Positions 1 through 14,949 of a stretch of DNA of 64,000 nt are shown piece after piece. A model generated the notes under the pieces. The model saw only the letters and a program-made list of their open reading frames with translations, did not search any database and was not told where the DNA came from. Position 1 is the stretch's first letter, and each line of letters starts with the position of its first letter. A program made the position numbers and the translations under genes. The stretch is from Chrysomallon squamiferum (Eukaryota > Animalia > Mollusca): positions 18,600,001-18,664,000 of the forward strand of contig CM022669.1 in assembly GCA_012295275.1 (NCBI GenBank), written 5' to 3'.

Positions 1-138
1 TTCCATAATATTATCAACAGGAAAATTCTATGAAAGGAACACTGTGTATTTGATTTACTGTAAAGATTTAGTGAATGTTCGAATTCTATGATAAAATAAA
101 ATCAAGATAAATAAATATCGAACCTTGACCCTAAAATA

Positions 139-174
<36 letters not shown>

Positions 175-951
175 GACAACAGTAGGCTCTGAACTGAAGG
201 AAACTAAAAGTACTAGAGGACTGATAATACCACGGAATGTTTCATGTCTGTGTTGGTAATTCCTTCTTTGATCGCAGACGCATCGCAGTACAGAGAATTA
301 TTTTCCGGAAACATGAAAGGCCAGTGTTTCTATTTCAAAGAAGAAATATCTCGATCTAGTCTTCAGAATTTCTTCAGGTTATTCTTTTCTATCTAGGAAA
401 CCATCTATTTATGGATAAAAGTACTGGAGATATTTTCTAAAATATTCTGTGTCTGTTCCTTCATAACTGCTATATATGGCCTATCCGAAGAATATGTATC
501 TTTATTTTAAAATATTCAAACTGATTATTACAAATTCTGTTCGCGCGCACACACACGTACTCATACGTATATATATATATATATGTGTACGTCTAATTTA
601 TTTTGCATTATCAATCCAGACATCTGTGGAAACATAAGCAAGCATAAACACGTTAATAAATAAATAAAGACTTGATCCTGTGGACCATAGTTCTTCAGGT
701 AAATGAAGTCAGCCGCTGATCAAAGACTAATTTTTTCTACAGGTGAATTGACATTAACCAGAATGACGTTTCTTTCAACTCTTTGCTATGGTGAGACCGT
801 CTCTGAGCTTGTTTAATGGAAATAAAATATTTCTTGATTGACAAATTAACATAAAAAAACTTAACAAACATTTGTCCATGAAATCCATACCCTATTCAGA
901 CAAAACAAACTTTAGAAACGAAGAGAAGAAATGCTAAAATTTTGTGTTCTG

Positions 952-983
<32 letters not shown>

Positions 984-1588
984 ATTATCTGGAAAACAAA
1001 CAAACCATTTTAGGAGTTTCAATGTCATTAGTTTGTCGAATAATAAAAAAAATAATAATAATAAAAGGAAGAAAAAAGAAGACGAAAAGAAAATAGAAAG
1101 AAAAATCAAAGGGAAGACAAGAAAAAATCTAGTTGTAGTTTGTAGAATCTGGCAGACGTGCTAAAAATTTGAGTATGATCGTTGTCTGCAACACTATAGG
1201 ATGATCCAGAATGTTTTTGTTGATTGTGAATTTTTTCTTTAAAAACATATCCTCACACAAAACAAACATCAACAAAAAAATCATGTTTCTATTCTGAAAA
1301 TTTCTTTCTTTAACATTTTATTAACTGTTATGGTATTTCTGTATGAAAGAGTTTTTATGGTTTTCATTTTATGGAATTTTGTGTCTTATTTTTAGTGCTA
1401 CATATTCTGTTGTTATTGTCTTTTTTCTTTCCTGACTTCTTTTTGTTTGTTTATTTGTTTAATGAATTATTATTTACTTTGTATTATTTTGACCTATCTG
1501 TCTGTCTATTATATACCTGTTGTCTGTCTGTCTGTTTCTTTGTCTTCTTGTATGTTTTAATTTTTCAAATGACTATTTTTATAATAAT

Positions 1589-1655
<67 letters not shown>

Positions 1656-1935
1656 GGTTGTAGTCATATTTTTTAAATTAAACACTATATTTATTTATTT
1701 GATTATTTTATGTAATAATAATAATAATAATAATACAATTTTCCTATTACAAATTTCAAATATACCTACATACACATATTCATACATATATTCCTACGTG
1801 CACATATGTACATGTGTATGATGCTTAGTCTATATAAGTATTCAGCTTTGTATATACTTTCGTACTATTTCGCAAACAGAAAACACCAATATAATTAAAA
1901 ACAGAAAAACAACAACAAACAAAAAGTAAAATACC

Positions 1936-1986
1936 TCTTCAATCTCAGTGTACACAAAATAAATAAGACAAAGTAATAAAGATAAA
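1936..1986 (+). repeat. ~50-bp dispersed direct repeat, copy 1 (copy 2 at 5650-5700)
   Basis: tcttca.tc.cagtgtacacaaaataaataag.caaagtaa...agataaa at both sites. This copy runs into a poly(A) tract. Confidence 0.75.
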
Positions 1987-2763
1987 AAAAAAAAAAAAAA
2001 AAAATCATTGTGTTGTTAACAAGTCTTTCAAAGATAAGTCGCAGATTTCTATCTTTATCTTTCTTACATTTCTCCTCACTTTTCTGCGCACCCAGTCCAG
2101 CTTCTCATAACGTATGCATGAAACCGATTTAGAACATAGGTATTTTTAAAACAAGAAACTTTCGATTTATTTCTGTGGTCCTTTATTTCTAAAGCAATAT
2201 CTAAATATTCTGAAAACAAGTTCAAGTTTGAAAAACTGTTTATGCTGAAACGGTATACATGACGATGCGTTCTGACGGTGCTAAATCTGACGTTGGCGTG
2301 GCAGTCGAGGTTCACAGCTGTTTTCTGCAACAACGTTGCATGACGGCGTTTGTCAGTTTGTAGAGAGATGCTTGCACCTGACACCACGTCGTCAACGTTA
2401 TAAACATTGATTTAGTAAATGTCAAGATTAAATACAAAATACTGAGATCAAATTTCTTTTTTTTTTTCATTCCTTCTGTTTTTATTCGTCTGTCTGTCTA
2501 TCTGTCTCTCTGTCTGTCTGCATGTCTGTCTCTATCTCTGTCTGTCTGTCTGCATGTCTGTCTCTATGTCTGTCTGTCTGTATCTGTCTACTCTCTGTCA
2601 GTCTATCTCTCAATCAACCTATCTACCTCTGTATTTACTTATTTATTTTATTTTATTTTATTTTTTATTTTAATAATACTTGTCCTAACACAGAAACTAA
2701 AAAAAATAAAAATTAAATTAAGAATAAGAATGAAAATGAAGGCAACCAAATAAAATGTAGCAA

Positions 2764-2818
<55 letters not shown>

Positions 2819-3444
2819 GTAATAAAATGAAATAAAATAATTATAAACGAACGAAGAAAAGAAAAAGGTCCCACGCTTAAAAAGAAAAGAAGAAGAAAAA
2901 GAAAAGAAAACATTTTATTTTTCTATTTTGTTCCCATTCCATCTCTCTCTCTCCTGTAATTGTTTCTTGAGTTTTAAATTTTTTACTGCTTAATCAAAAC
3001 TGTACAAGTCACTGTCAGCGTCACTGCCAACGTAATGTTGATGCCAGCGAGTCTGAAGTTGCAAAAACATCTTCTTTGAAATCAGTTTGATGAGAAGATT
3101 TCACAGAGCTTTAGAATCTTGAAATTTTGACCGAGTAGTCAGGACAGCAACGAGAACTTTTGAAGAATTTTTCTCAGAATGTCTGATGCACCAACGTAAA
3201 CGTTATCAAACGTCGTAGATCGATCCACGTTCTGCAACTCTGTTTGTTTTTTTTTTTTTTAATGTGATACATAATTCTGTGAGTAATCGTTTTGGTGGGT
3301 TTCGAGTGCGAGGTTAGTATTTCTCTCTTAACTGTTTCATTTTTGTACACGTGTACGTAAATGTGACGTTAGAAAGAAAAGACACTAAAGAAAAAGAAAA
3401 TGAAGAAGAAGAAGAAAAAAATTGTGTGTATGGTTTGTTGTTCA

Positions 3445-3447
<3 letters not shown>

Positions 3448-3537
<90 letters not shown>
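3448..3537. repeat. (CT)n microsatellite
   Basis: Direct observation. Similar CT/AG tracts lie near 19169, 27703, 34872 and 45386. Confidence 0.95.
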
Positions 3538-3540
<3 letters not shown>

Positions 3541-4527
3541 ATTCCTCGTTCAACTACATTTCTTCATCTTCTCTGAAAGAAAATAAATTCGACTTAATAT
3601 ATTGAAGTCTGAATATCTAACACTAAAACTAATTGCAATATTTATGATGGTATCAAACTATGATGGTTTGTCGAAATAATTTTTTGTTTTCATTTACCAT
3701 ATTTTCATTATTTGAAATGAGCCTCTAATTATTTCACTAATACCAAGTAGTGTTAGAAAATAGAAAATACCTGGGAAACTAACACAAAAAAATGTTTCCA
3801 ACAAGTGACTCGAAAATCTGGAAAAATTAGGCCGCCATCTTCACTAAGTTAAACATTGTTTTAATCAATGCGTTGTCGTGGATGATGTAACAATAAGCTG
3901 TGAAATATGAAGACAATTTAAAAATATGTTAGATTTTCAGAGGCTGTTGATAATGACATTGACTTTGTGATTAGGCTGTGAGAATGTCAGAGGGTGACTC
4001 AGGGTACGAGAATATTGGTTAACCTCTTTTCTTTTTCTTTTTTCTTCTTTTTTTCTCGTTTTTATAAACTAGCCAGAACGTTCTTTAAGAGAATTAGGGA
4101 GGGGAAAAAACGAGGGAGACAGTCTCTGTTTATGATAAATAAATAAATAAATAAATAAATAAATAGCATGAGAATTAATATTTGCATCGACAGAAAAAAA
4201 AAAAAAAATAGAAAACAACATTTAGTAAACTTTTATTTTATATTTTAAAAAAACTAGAAAAACGTATGAAAAAATAAATATAACAAGATATCATTATTTT
4301 CACCGAGAAAAATATTTCGTAAATATTTCTAAAGAAAAGATTTTAAAAATAATTATCAAACAAAATACTAGTTTTTATAATTACTTTTTCTGTTAAATTC
4401 ATTTTCAAAATTTTATTTTCAAAAATAATAACCATTAATGTTTTAAAAGTAAAATACATTATAATAATGAGTTATTTTCATATAATAATTTTTATTTCTA
4501 ATTTTCATTTCCTTTAAATCTATTTTA

Positions 4528-4597
<70 letters not shown>

Positions 4598-7500
4598 GCG
4601 GTGTTAGTGATAATGATGATCATAATATAGCAATCAAAAAAAAAAAAAAAGAAAAAAAAAAAAAAAAAATAGTTTTTCTTTTTTTAAGAAAGGATGCGCA
4701 CTTTTGAAAAAAAAAAAAATTATTCAAAAACGTTTTAGTGTTCATATATGCAATTCCCTAAACTATTCCAGTAGGAAGTAAACGAGATAATTACATCACA
4801 CACTTGTTGTTTAAAAACAGGACATGTACGAGAAAACCTGGCCATTAAAACAATGAAACATGGAATTCCAAATTTACATTAGTCCGTGTAATGTGATATA
4901 AAAAATATATACACCAGCTCATCTCAGACCATATACTGAACGAAAAAAAATTAAGCAACGGGATCTATTATAGATCTAAGGCAACAATACTTTTCCCTAT
5001 AATATCATTAACTAGAATTCCCTATAATATAATAAGAACAGCAAGACTAATTTATTGGCTAAAGTTTGTTTCCAGTCCTGGCATACACTGAAAGCGTATG
5101 AATCATTTATGAACGATGGGACTGCTTGGTGAATAGAGATTTATTTTTATATTGTGTATGTTAATGACGTAATGAAAAAAAGTAAAAAGGGCGGTCACTA
5201 CTTAGACCTCGTGGCAGATCTAAATTTTAGTTATAAATTACATCTTTTTCTGTTAATTTTTGAAATGTCGAAAGTATACAGTGCGATTCTTATTAAGTTG
5301 CGTCAATATACCAGTCAAAAATACTACGAACTTACGTGTTACGATCTAAATGTTTTAGTTCAGTATAAATATAAAGACGCTTTCTTTCTTTCTTTCTTTT
5401 CTTTTTTTTTTTCTTTTTTAATGGATAATTTAATTTACACAAATCCCAAGTTCGTGTAAACATGTTGACATATTTGATGCATAAACTTTTCTCTGCATTT
5501 GTTCACAGATGTACAGCACACCGTCATCAACGACAGAAGATGATGAATAAGACCACGGAAGAGATGCTGAAACAATGTGACAGTCTGGTATTTCCTCGGT
5601 CAATATGGACATAAAGTTTTATCACTGTCTTCTTGTATACCTCGACACGTCTTCAGTCGCAGTGTACACAAAATAAATAAGGCAAAGTAAAGAAGATAAA
5701 TAAATAAAAAATGACGAATGAAAGGTGTCAGAGGATTCAGATGCGTTTGGTTTGTATTATATGGAGCGATTAATACTTGTGTATTTGTTTATGTATAAAG
5801 GAATGCATGTTCTTGTTACTGTTTATTCGTTCTAGTTTATTTATACCTATAGTTTAGTGATGGATGATGGATTTATGGAAAGAGTTTGTATATATTGAAT
5901 TTTCAGGGAAGTTCCTCTAGTACAGTGTTTTATGGGTGAATTTTTTTTTTATATACCGATATATAAATAAAACTTGGTATGAGTATTGGTAATGATGATA
6001 ATAATAAAATCAAGTATAAATAAAAATCAGAAAATAAAAGGCTTAAATATCTGAAGCTAAAAGAGGCTAATGTCTCATAACTCCAATCAGTTTTTTCTCT
6101 ATCTACATAAAAAAAAAAAATGTCTCAGTGCGGTGACTTGTCAAAAAGTTGTCATGGCTCCGTCTGTGTGTGTTTCCTGTCCAACTTCGCTGCGATTGAC
6201 AAAACTCGCAAAGGCCAGACACATACAGTGTACATTTGTCTTGAATCACCGCCATTAACAGTGCTTTCCTTATTGACTTCCGTGCTCACGTAATTTTTCT
6301 ATATCGGTCAACGAGAAAACCAGGTGCACTTTTACTGTTGTTTATTTATTTACTTTTTTATTTTTAATTTTATATAATTTAAAAAAAAACAAAAAAAAAC
6401 ATTATTTATTTTTAATATAGATTATGATGTTGATGATGATGATGATGATGACGATGATGATAATGTTGATGATGATGATACTAATACTAATACTAATACT
6501 AATACTACGACTACTAATAATAATTATAATAAAAAGATGCTAAGATAACACGATAACCGTTTTTGACATCAACCATTTACACTTTCTTCAGAACATAATG
6601 GACGTATAAATTCAAAAATAAGTAAACATTAAATTTATCTAAGCCTTCTACTAGGGAAACAATAGCTATTGTTATTAGCCTACTAGTACTTCTGTCACCA
6701 TCACCACTACTACTATTGAAAACTACAATAGCTGTTATTACCACTCATACATTTACCACTTCTAATACTGCTACTACTGCTGCAACTACTGCTACTGCTA
6801 CTAATACTGCTGCTGCTGCTACTGCTACTACTACTACTATTACTACTACTACTACTACTACTATTATTATTATTACTACCACTAACTGTTTAATTTATTT
6901 ATTTATTCTCATTTATTAATTTTATTCATGTCAAAATATTTCTTTTACACATATTTTTCAAAAATTTTCTTTTCCGTTTTTTACGTTACACAGTTCCCTT
7001 TAATATATATATATATATATTTTAAACCTTACACACAAACCCCTTGTTACATACAACCCGAGGGTCACATCTAACACTAACAGTGTTGTCTCTCGCTCTT
7101 CTGAAGCAGATGGCACATTCCAGATACGTAGCTGGAGACGTGCAGTCTAGTTAGTGTCATCCTAACTGACCACTTGCAATTAAATCTGTGGAATTTGTTC
7201 TTGACTTGAGACTCATTTGTTTAGAAGAGACCAGATAGTTATCGCTTGAAAGGTCATTTAATTGTCTGTAATGACAGATTGGTTAATGGTGTGATTGTGT
7301 GTCGATAATGTATGAGGTAAAAACGAAGTTAAGAAAGTAGAAACAAAAGAAAAATGTAAAGAAATAAATAAAAAGAGAGAAATATCTAAACAAGAGAAAA
7401 AAGAAAAGGAAAGAATAAAAAAGTAAGAATTGATAAGGAAAGAAATAAGAAAGGAAGAAATGAAAAATGATTTGAAAATCAAAGAAAAAGAAAAAATAAC

Positions 7501-7642
7501 TTTTTACATACGCATGCACACATATATGTATGTATTTATGTATATAAGAATGTATTTATGTATGTATATATGTATTTAAGTATGTATGTATGTTTGTATA
7601 GAGGTATAAATCAGATAATCAGATACCCATCTATCTCAATTG

Positions 7643-7702
<60 letters not shown>

Positions 7703-10582
7703 AAAAAAAAAAATAAATAAAAACAACAAACAAACAAACAAATAAAAAGAAGGCAGAGAAAACAAAAAGACAGGGAGAAAGAAGAAAAAACGGAGGCAGA
7801 AAAGAAATTCCTTAGAAACAAAAAATGGTCAACTGTTTGATTACTCAGTGTAAAAAAACTGCTAAGAATTCTCCAGTGACAACACAATGTCCGAAATACA
7901 AACTTGCTTTTGTTTATAAGCAAATCGCTGGTGCATCAATAACAGTGAACACGTAACCAGCGCACAGCTTCCTGGGTCTAAACCTGCGTCCTCACAGTCA
8001 GGGATACATTTCTGAAAACGTCTTTCAAATGCCAGATGATGACTAGTCAAGGTCATTGTCTCGTTCTCGTTCTTTCCATCAGCTAAGGTCGTTAAATTGA
8101 CGGTCACTATTTGAGAACTGCAGAATGAAATTTCGTGAGTTTCCGGCATTTCTTTAAATATGAATTTACTGTATATTGTTACGTGTCCTTATCGGTATAT
8201 GTTATAATAATGTATGCAAATGTCCCTTCCTCTGTGTTATTTAAAACTTTTTTCAACGTTTTGGTCAGTTTTCGTGAAAAAATAATGGAGGCCATTTATT
8301 TATTTTGTATTCAACAATGTAAAGCAATAAACTAAAACATTAAACAGTAATTCATACTCGGCTGAATATCTCTTCCATATTAATTAGCTTGTAGACAAAT
8401 CAAACTGAAATACTTTATCACTGAATATTTTCGATACTTTTTTGTATTTATGAGGATGCGTGTGTACATGTAAAACGTGTCGCAAATCTGGAGTATAAAC
8501 ATTTTCTCATTTTAATAAAACCTTTGAAAATATGTTTTTCTTTAGAATTCTGTTGTAAACGCTATAAAATCAGTGAAAAGAATCATGACTGGAAAAAGCT
8601 CCCCGACATACTATTTCAACGACAGTTTGTAAATATAGAATTAGGAACAATGTGTTTTGTGCGTGTATGTACGTGCGTTTTTTTTAATTTATTTATTTTA
8701 TTTATGTGTATATTTGTGTAAATGTTACGTGCGCGCGCGTGCGTGTGTATGTGTGTTCGTGTTTAAAACAATAGCATTTTATTTATTTAAATATTTCCAC
8801 ATTACTGTTTGAGACACTAGAATTATTTTACTGTGGTATACACAGTATTGGTTATCAGAACTTCATTAAAAAAGATGTTAGTCAGATGAATGAAGCTTTA
8901 ACTCACTGCACGACAGACGAATAATTCAACCCATCCATTTAGTTTCATCCACTGATCCACATAGGCATATGAAAGATTCTCGCGATTCTGACTCTTAAAT
9001 ATCCTTTATCTGTTATACGTTAAATATATTACAAAATAATAATTATTAAAATACTTCAAAACTGAAAAGTAGAAAAAAAACTATATTGAAAGACGCAGAC
9101 ACAGCTAAAACATAGAGACACTCAGTGACTAACACAACCCAATATAAAGGTGAAATTGCATAGATATATACATATGATCATGTAACAAACACAGCACCAT
9201 ATAAATAAAATATATGCACACATGCATCTATACACCACGCAGATTAGATTCCACCCCCCCCCCAAACATCAAACAAACGCCTCCTTCAACTCTCTCATTT
9301 GAATCTGAAGATTAACACAAGAAAATATTCTCCAGAGTGAAGCGATATTTGACTTTGAACACGACTGCGCGAGTTTGGGCCACGAGACCGCATTCACTTG
9401 ATGGTGATCGTCTTGAATACATAAACTACATCACACACAGGCCGAGCTGATACCAAAAGCTAAGTCGAAAGTCAACACGAGAGGCGGAGAGCAGCTTAAA
9501 ATACATCTAATGAAACATGGGTGATAATCTGAAACGGTTTGCAATTAAAATCAACTCAGAGATGACTTTTAAATGATGAAATAAAAATGAAAATTGCCTG
9601 AATTGTTGCAGTTATTTTTGTTTTTGTTGTTGTTGTTGTTGTTGTAATAGCTGTTTGCTACAGTGGTTTTTATTCGATGATGATGATGATGATGATGACG
9701 GTGATGATAATGATGATGATAATAATAAGAAGAAGAAGAAGAAGAAGAAGAAGAAAAAGAAGAAGAAGAAGAAGAAGAAGAAGAAAAAAAGAAGAAGAAA
9801 ATAATAATAATAATAATGAATAAATAAAATAAAACAAAATAAAATAAAACAAAATGAAATGAAATAAAATACCTAAAACAAAAACAACAAAAAACAATAA
9901 CAAAATACAAACAATTATAATAAAAAAATAATAATAATATCACGCTAACCAGTGGATCATGTTAGATTTCATTTTAAACCGTTCATCCTTGAACTTCAGA
10001 TATTAAACCACACTTTCAGATGAATCTCACGCACATACTTTTTACTTTGTTGTGTTTCACAGATACCTACAAACACACTGACATTCCTAACCAGTCCGAC
10101 TATTACACGAAATAATATCATATATCATTACAAAATATTTAAATACGTCACAATACTTAGGCTAAAGAAACCAATGCACGTCATATACATGTGCTCACAG
10201 TAAAACCTGCATTAGGCAGGAATGCATGTTCTGCTTACAGGACAAAGATCTGTGGACACAGAAAAGACAACGTCTTCAGAACATCGTGTTGGTGTCTCTA
10301 AACCACCCACAGCCAGGCTCAGCCAGTAACGTCTTCCACATCACGTTTTGGGATTTCTGTCTGTACACTGATGGACATCGTGATATTGTTCAAAGCATGG
10401 AGAGTATTTTTTTTTTCTTTTTTCTTTTTTAAATATGTAATAGTGGTATTAGCTTGACCTGTCAGTGATTTTGTTTAAAGAATAATATTTCTTTCTTTTT
10501 ACCATTTGGATTTTTTTTTTTTTTTTTTTTTTAATGTTCTTGTTTGTTTTTAGGCACAAATGGATATCGTGATATTTTTTTT

Positions 10583-10614
<32 letters not shown>

Positions 10615-10952
10615 TATGGTTTTAATATTTGTATGATTAGTTTGAATTTCTTGTTTTTGCAGTTTAAGAAAGATCTGGAGCAAAAAATCTCTTTTACGTA
10701 ATTCTAAATTTCTGAATTTCTGAGTGGATGTTTCGTAAGATGTCACAAAATAAAATGTATATAGCATATTTAAAAATTTTTATATAATCCATTAATTTAT
10801 TAATAATAATATCATAATGTATTGCCCTTAATAAAAATATGTTATTAAATAACAATAATTGTATTAACTAATTAATTAACTAAATATATAAATAACAATA
10901 ACAAAAATATAATAAAGTGGGAGATACGAACATGTATAAAAATAAGTCAGAG

Positions 10953-10955
<3 letters not shown>

Positions 10956-11046
<91 letters not shown>
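10956..11046. repeat. (AG)n microsatellite
   Basis: Direct observation. Confidence 0.95.
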
Positions 11047-11049
<3 letters not shown>

Positions 11050-11732
11050 TATTGAAAAATATATAATAAAATTAAAACACTATCTTCATCTGTTCTAATA
11101 TATATAATATACATAAATATACAAGCAGATGGATTAAATCATAAACAAATTTAGTCAGCACATAATCACTTGTTACAGATCCTCAATCATACAGACAATT
11201 TATTAATATCTCATCTTAATACATGTATACATCATTGAGTTATATAAAAAAATCAAACACACATTAAATTTTAAAAAATCCTGACAAACCCACAATCTTA
11301 TTCAGTTTAACCTAAATATATTTCTGTAAGGTGCACTGACATCTATCATTTGTTAGCTGTCTGCATTTATCTGAAGATTAACAAACATGCGAAAAAGGAA
11401 ATAATAAATGTAATGGAAGAAACACGAAGGAAGCGACCGGTCTACCTAACTTGTCAGCTGCACTCTAATTACGTTCAGTTAGCGTGATTAAATAGTCCCG
11501 GTAGGGTAAAGTGAGAACTACATTGTCTTGCGCAAACACAGAAAGAGTTTGGTGCGAATGTGTTACTTCCTGAACTAATATATTACTTGTCTTGTCAGCC
11601 TCATTTCGATAGCGAGGCTTTTCATTTATATACGTGTGTGTGCGCGCGAATTTATTGAAGTCTCCAAGTATTTTATGAAAAAAATATTGATAAAAAAATA
11701 TAAATAAATAAATAAATAAATATAAATATAAA

Positions 11733-11777
<45 letters not shown>

Positions 11778-11946
11778 ATCGAAATAATATTATTAACACC
11801 ATTATGTACATGATAGAAAACTGTCTCGACAATATTTATAAAAAGGTATACTTGTTTTATGTCATGAAAATCATAAAAGATTATAAAAATATAATTGAAT
11901 TTTGCAAGTTTTCTTATATTTCTTATTCCTTATTTTTGTTTTAGTT

Positions 11947-11977
<31 letters not shown>

Positions 11978-12267
11978 TTAATGTCACAGTCTTCGTAAGA
12001 ACCTTCTAACCTAAATCTGTTTTCTTATTATTTTTATATCATGAAATGATGGATATTTATCATCCATCCTCTAAATAAATATAAAGCGTAAGGAACTTCT
12101 ATAAACAGATGATATTAAAATAACTTTTATCAAAGTCACCATGACACGTAAATAATAAACATCAATTCTAGTACACTGACGTTTTCAAAAACTGAATAAC
12201 AGCTGAAGTCTGGTGAAATAGTAATAAACAGTAGAAGTAGCTGTAGTAATAGTATTAGTAGCATTAA

Positions 12268-12519
12268 TAGTAGTAGTAGTAGTAGTAATAATAATAATAA
12301 TAATAATAAAAAATAATAATAATAATAGTAGTAGTAGTAGTAATAATAATAGTAGTAGTAGTAGTGGTGGTAGTAGTAGTAGTAGTACTAGTTGTAGTAG
12401 TAGTGGTGGTGGTGGTGGTGGTGGTGGTGGTAGTAGTAGTGGTGGTGGTGGTGGTAGTGGTGGTAGTGGTAGTGGTAGTAGTAGTAGTGGTGGTGGTGGT
12501 GGTGGTGGTAGTAGTAGTA
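12268..12519. repeat. Compound (TAG)/(TAA)/(TGG) trinucleotide microsatellite
   Basis: Direct observation. Confidence 0.95.
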
Positions 12520-12765
12520 AGTAGGTGCTGAACGAAGAAAGATGTAACGAAATGTGATCGAGGACGACGTCAGTATTTTGACAAATGAAGTTTATAACAA
12601 CATTGGTGGCGTATTGGTCATCAGTATTACTATAAAATTTATATTATAAATAATCATAAAACAATATATTTTATTTTCTGATCTTTACAAATAAGGATTT
12701 ATAGTCATTTGAATGAAATGATGGACATACACATTATAAAATAATAATAATGAACATACCATCAG

Positions 12766-12895
12766 CAATGCAGTACCGTTTATATTCTGGACACAAGAAA
12801 ATAATTTACATGCAATGAAAAATGAAAAACCATTTATATTCTGAACACTGTTAAAATAATTTTCATACAATGAAAAATGCAATAGCGTTTGTATC
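12766..12895. repeat. ~59-bp imperfect tandem duplication
   Basis: The block tttatattctg.acac...aaaataattt.cat.caatgaaaaatg occurs twice in succession. Confidence 0.7.
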
Positions 12896-13957
12896 GCACA
12901 CTAAAGGGTTTGATATAACATCCGTCACGTGCTTTTTGAATCTGTCCGCGTGTTGGTTTTAGATGATATATGTACAGTTAGAATCGATATATCGGCCTGA
13001 GAGATGAGATAAGCTGGGACATGATATTGCAGTGTCTTCACGTGTTGTCGAAGCGCTGTCAACTCAATCAGTCAACAGTGAAAAATCAACGCCAGATTGT
13101 AAACACTGAGACATCAACTCACTTGTTTTTTTTTTGTCCCTTCCTATAAATTATAGTGCTGCTTGTAATGTAAAAGTAAGTATGTATTTCCGTGAAATTA
13201 GGGTTACTGTTTGTTTATGTATTTATTTTAATTTAATTTAATTTAATTTTATTTTATTTATTTTATTTTCAATATTATTATTAATGAAAAAAGAAGATCC
13301 CGCCCAAAAAAAAAACTACATGAATTGTTATTTAATTATAAAGGAACTTATTCATTATTATTCTTTTGTAAGTAAAACTTTCTTATGCTGTTTTATTCAC
13401 TTATTAAAGCAGCTTACAAGTCTTTTTATTGTAATCTGAGTCCTTTTTATCCTTTTCTCATTTTTAGTCCTGTTCACATTTATTTATCTATCTATCTTAC
13501 TGTCTGTCTATCTGTCCGTCTGTCTGTCTATCTATCCATCTCTCTATTTATTCATTTATCTATTTATTTATTTATTTATTTATTTGATTTATTTATTTAT
13601 TTATTTAGTTACTGATTTATGTTGTTTGATTTCATTTGATTTGATTTATTTTTAATGTAAAGATGAACAAAATAAATAAAACTGTTGGAAAGTCGTGCAA
13701 AACTACAACAGCAACAACCATAACAACAACTACTACTATTCTTCTGCTACTAAGCCTACTTTTTTAGTCGAATCTCCAAACATTCACCATATAATATTAT
13801 ATTACGTTCCGAATAAATTACATAATAAGCATTGATGATGTCACAATGACATGACATAGCAAGGTCACAGTATATATTTTACAGAATATAAGTAAATATA
13901 TTCTTTTCTCAAATTCATTAATAATTAAGTGATGCATTTGTTTCTTACCACTTTGAA

Positions 13958-13967
13958 ATTATTATTA

Positions 13968-14063
<96 letters not shown>

Positions 14064-14257
14064 TTGAGGCAAGACTATAATTTGGTCAAGAAGGAATATA
14101 ATGTATGTAAAGCGGCTACTTGATGCTACAATTACCACTGTTACTACTATTACTGTTACTACTACTATTAGTACTTCTACTGCTAACACTACTCCTATTA
14201 CTGATGTTACTGTTTTTACTATTGCTACTACTACTACTACCGTTACTATTGCTACTT

Positions 14258-14291
<34 letters not shown>

Positions 14292-14450
14292 TATTAAAAG
14301 TAATGATATTACTCTACCATCACCAACTAGTATTACTCCTACCAAAACTATTGCTGATGCTGATACTACTTCTATTACTGGTTATTACTGCAAATATTAT
14401 TATGCTATGATCAGCACCTACTATTACTATTGCCACTATTAGTACTACCA
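13958..14450. repeat. (TTA)n tract followed by degenerate (ACT)n low-complexity tract
   Basis: Direct observation. It accounts for the poly-Leu, poly-Thr and poly-Val ORFs listed here. Confidence 0.9.
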
Positions 14451-14949
14451 CAAGTATTAATAACAGTGATGATTGTGATGACCTTCATAATAATGACGAT
14501 TGGTTGTAATTTAAAAAATACAGACCTCTGAAGTCTATAAAATACAAATTCTTGTTTTGTACAAAGTGTTTGTTTTTTTTAATTTTTTTTTTAGTTGCTT
14601 AAACATAGAAGAGATATGAAGAATCAGCAGATATACAGGAATATAAGCAATCTGTTATGTCATGAAACACAACTTCCAGAATACAGAGACCGGTTTCACA
14701 TATATGCACAGATACACACACATATACACGTAGACACTCACACACACAAAAACCCACCTCTCCTCCCAGAAATACATGCACACACAGATATAATATTAAG
14801 TACGAACACATAAAATAAATCAAGAAACAGTTGCATATAATTACAAAACTCTTAGTGACAAAGAGCCACACAGGCACCCAAATGACGCATGTATACACGA
14901 ATACTGGAAAACAAACGCATTATAAAATTATTTTAAAAAAAATGGTTTG

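Noticed and set aside
912-14442. Many short ORFs (poly-Leu, poly-Thr, poly-Lys, LSLSLS, YIYIYI)
   Set aside because: They are translations of microsatellites and A/T tracts, with no splice context or protein-like composition.
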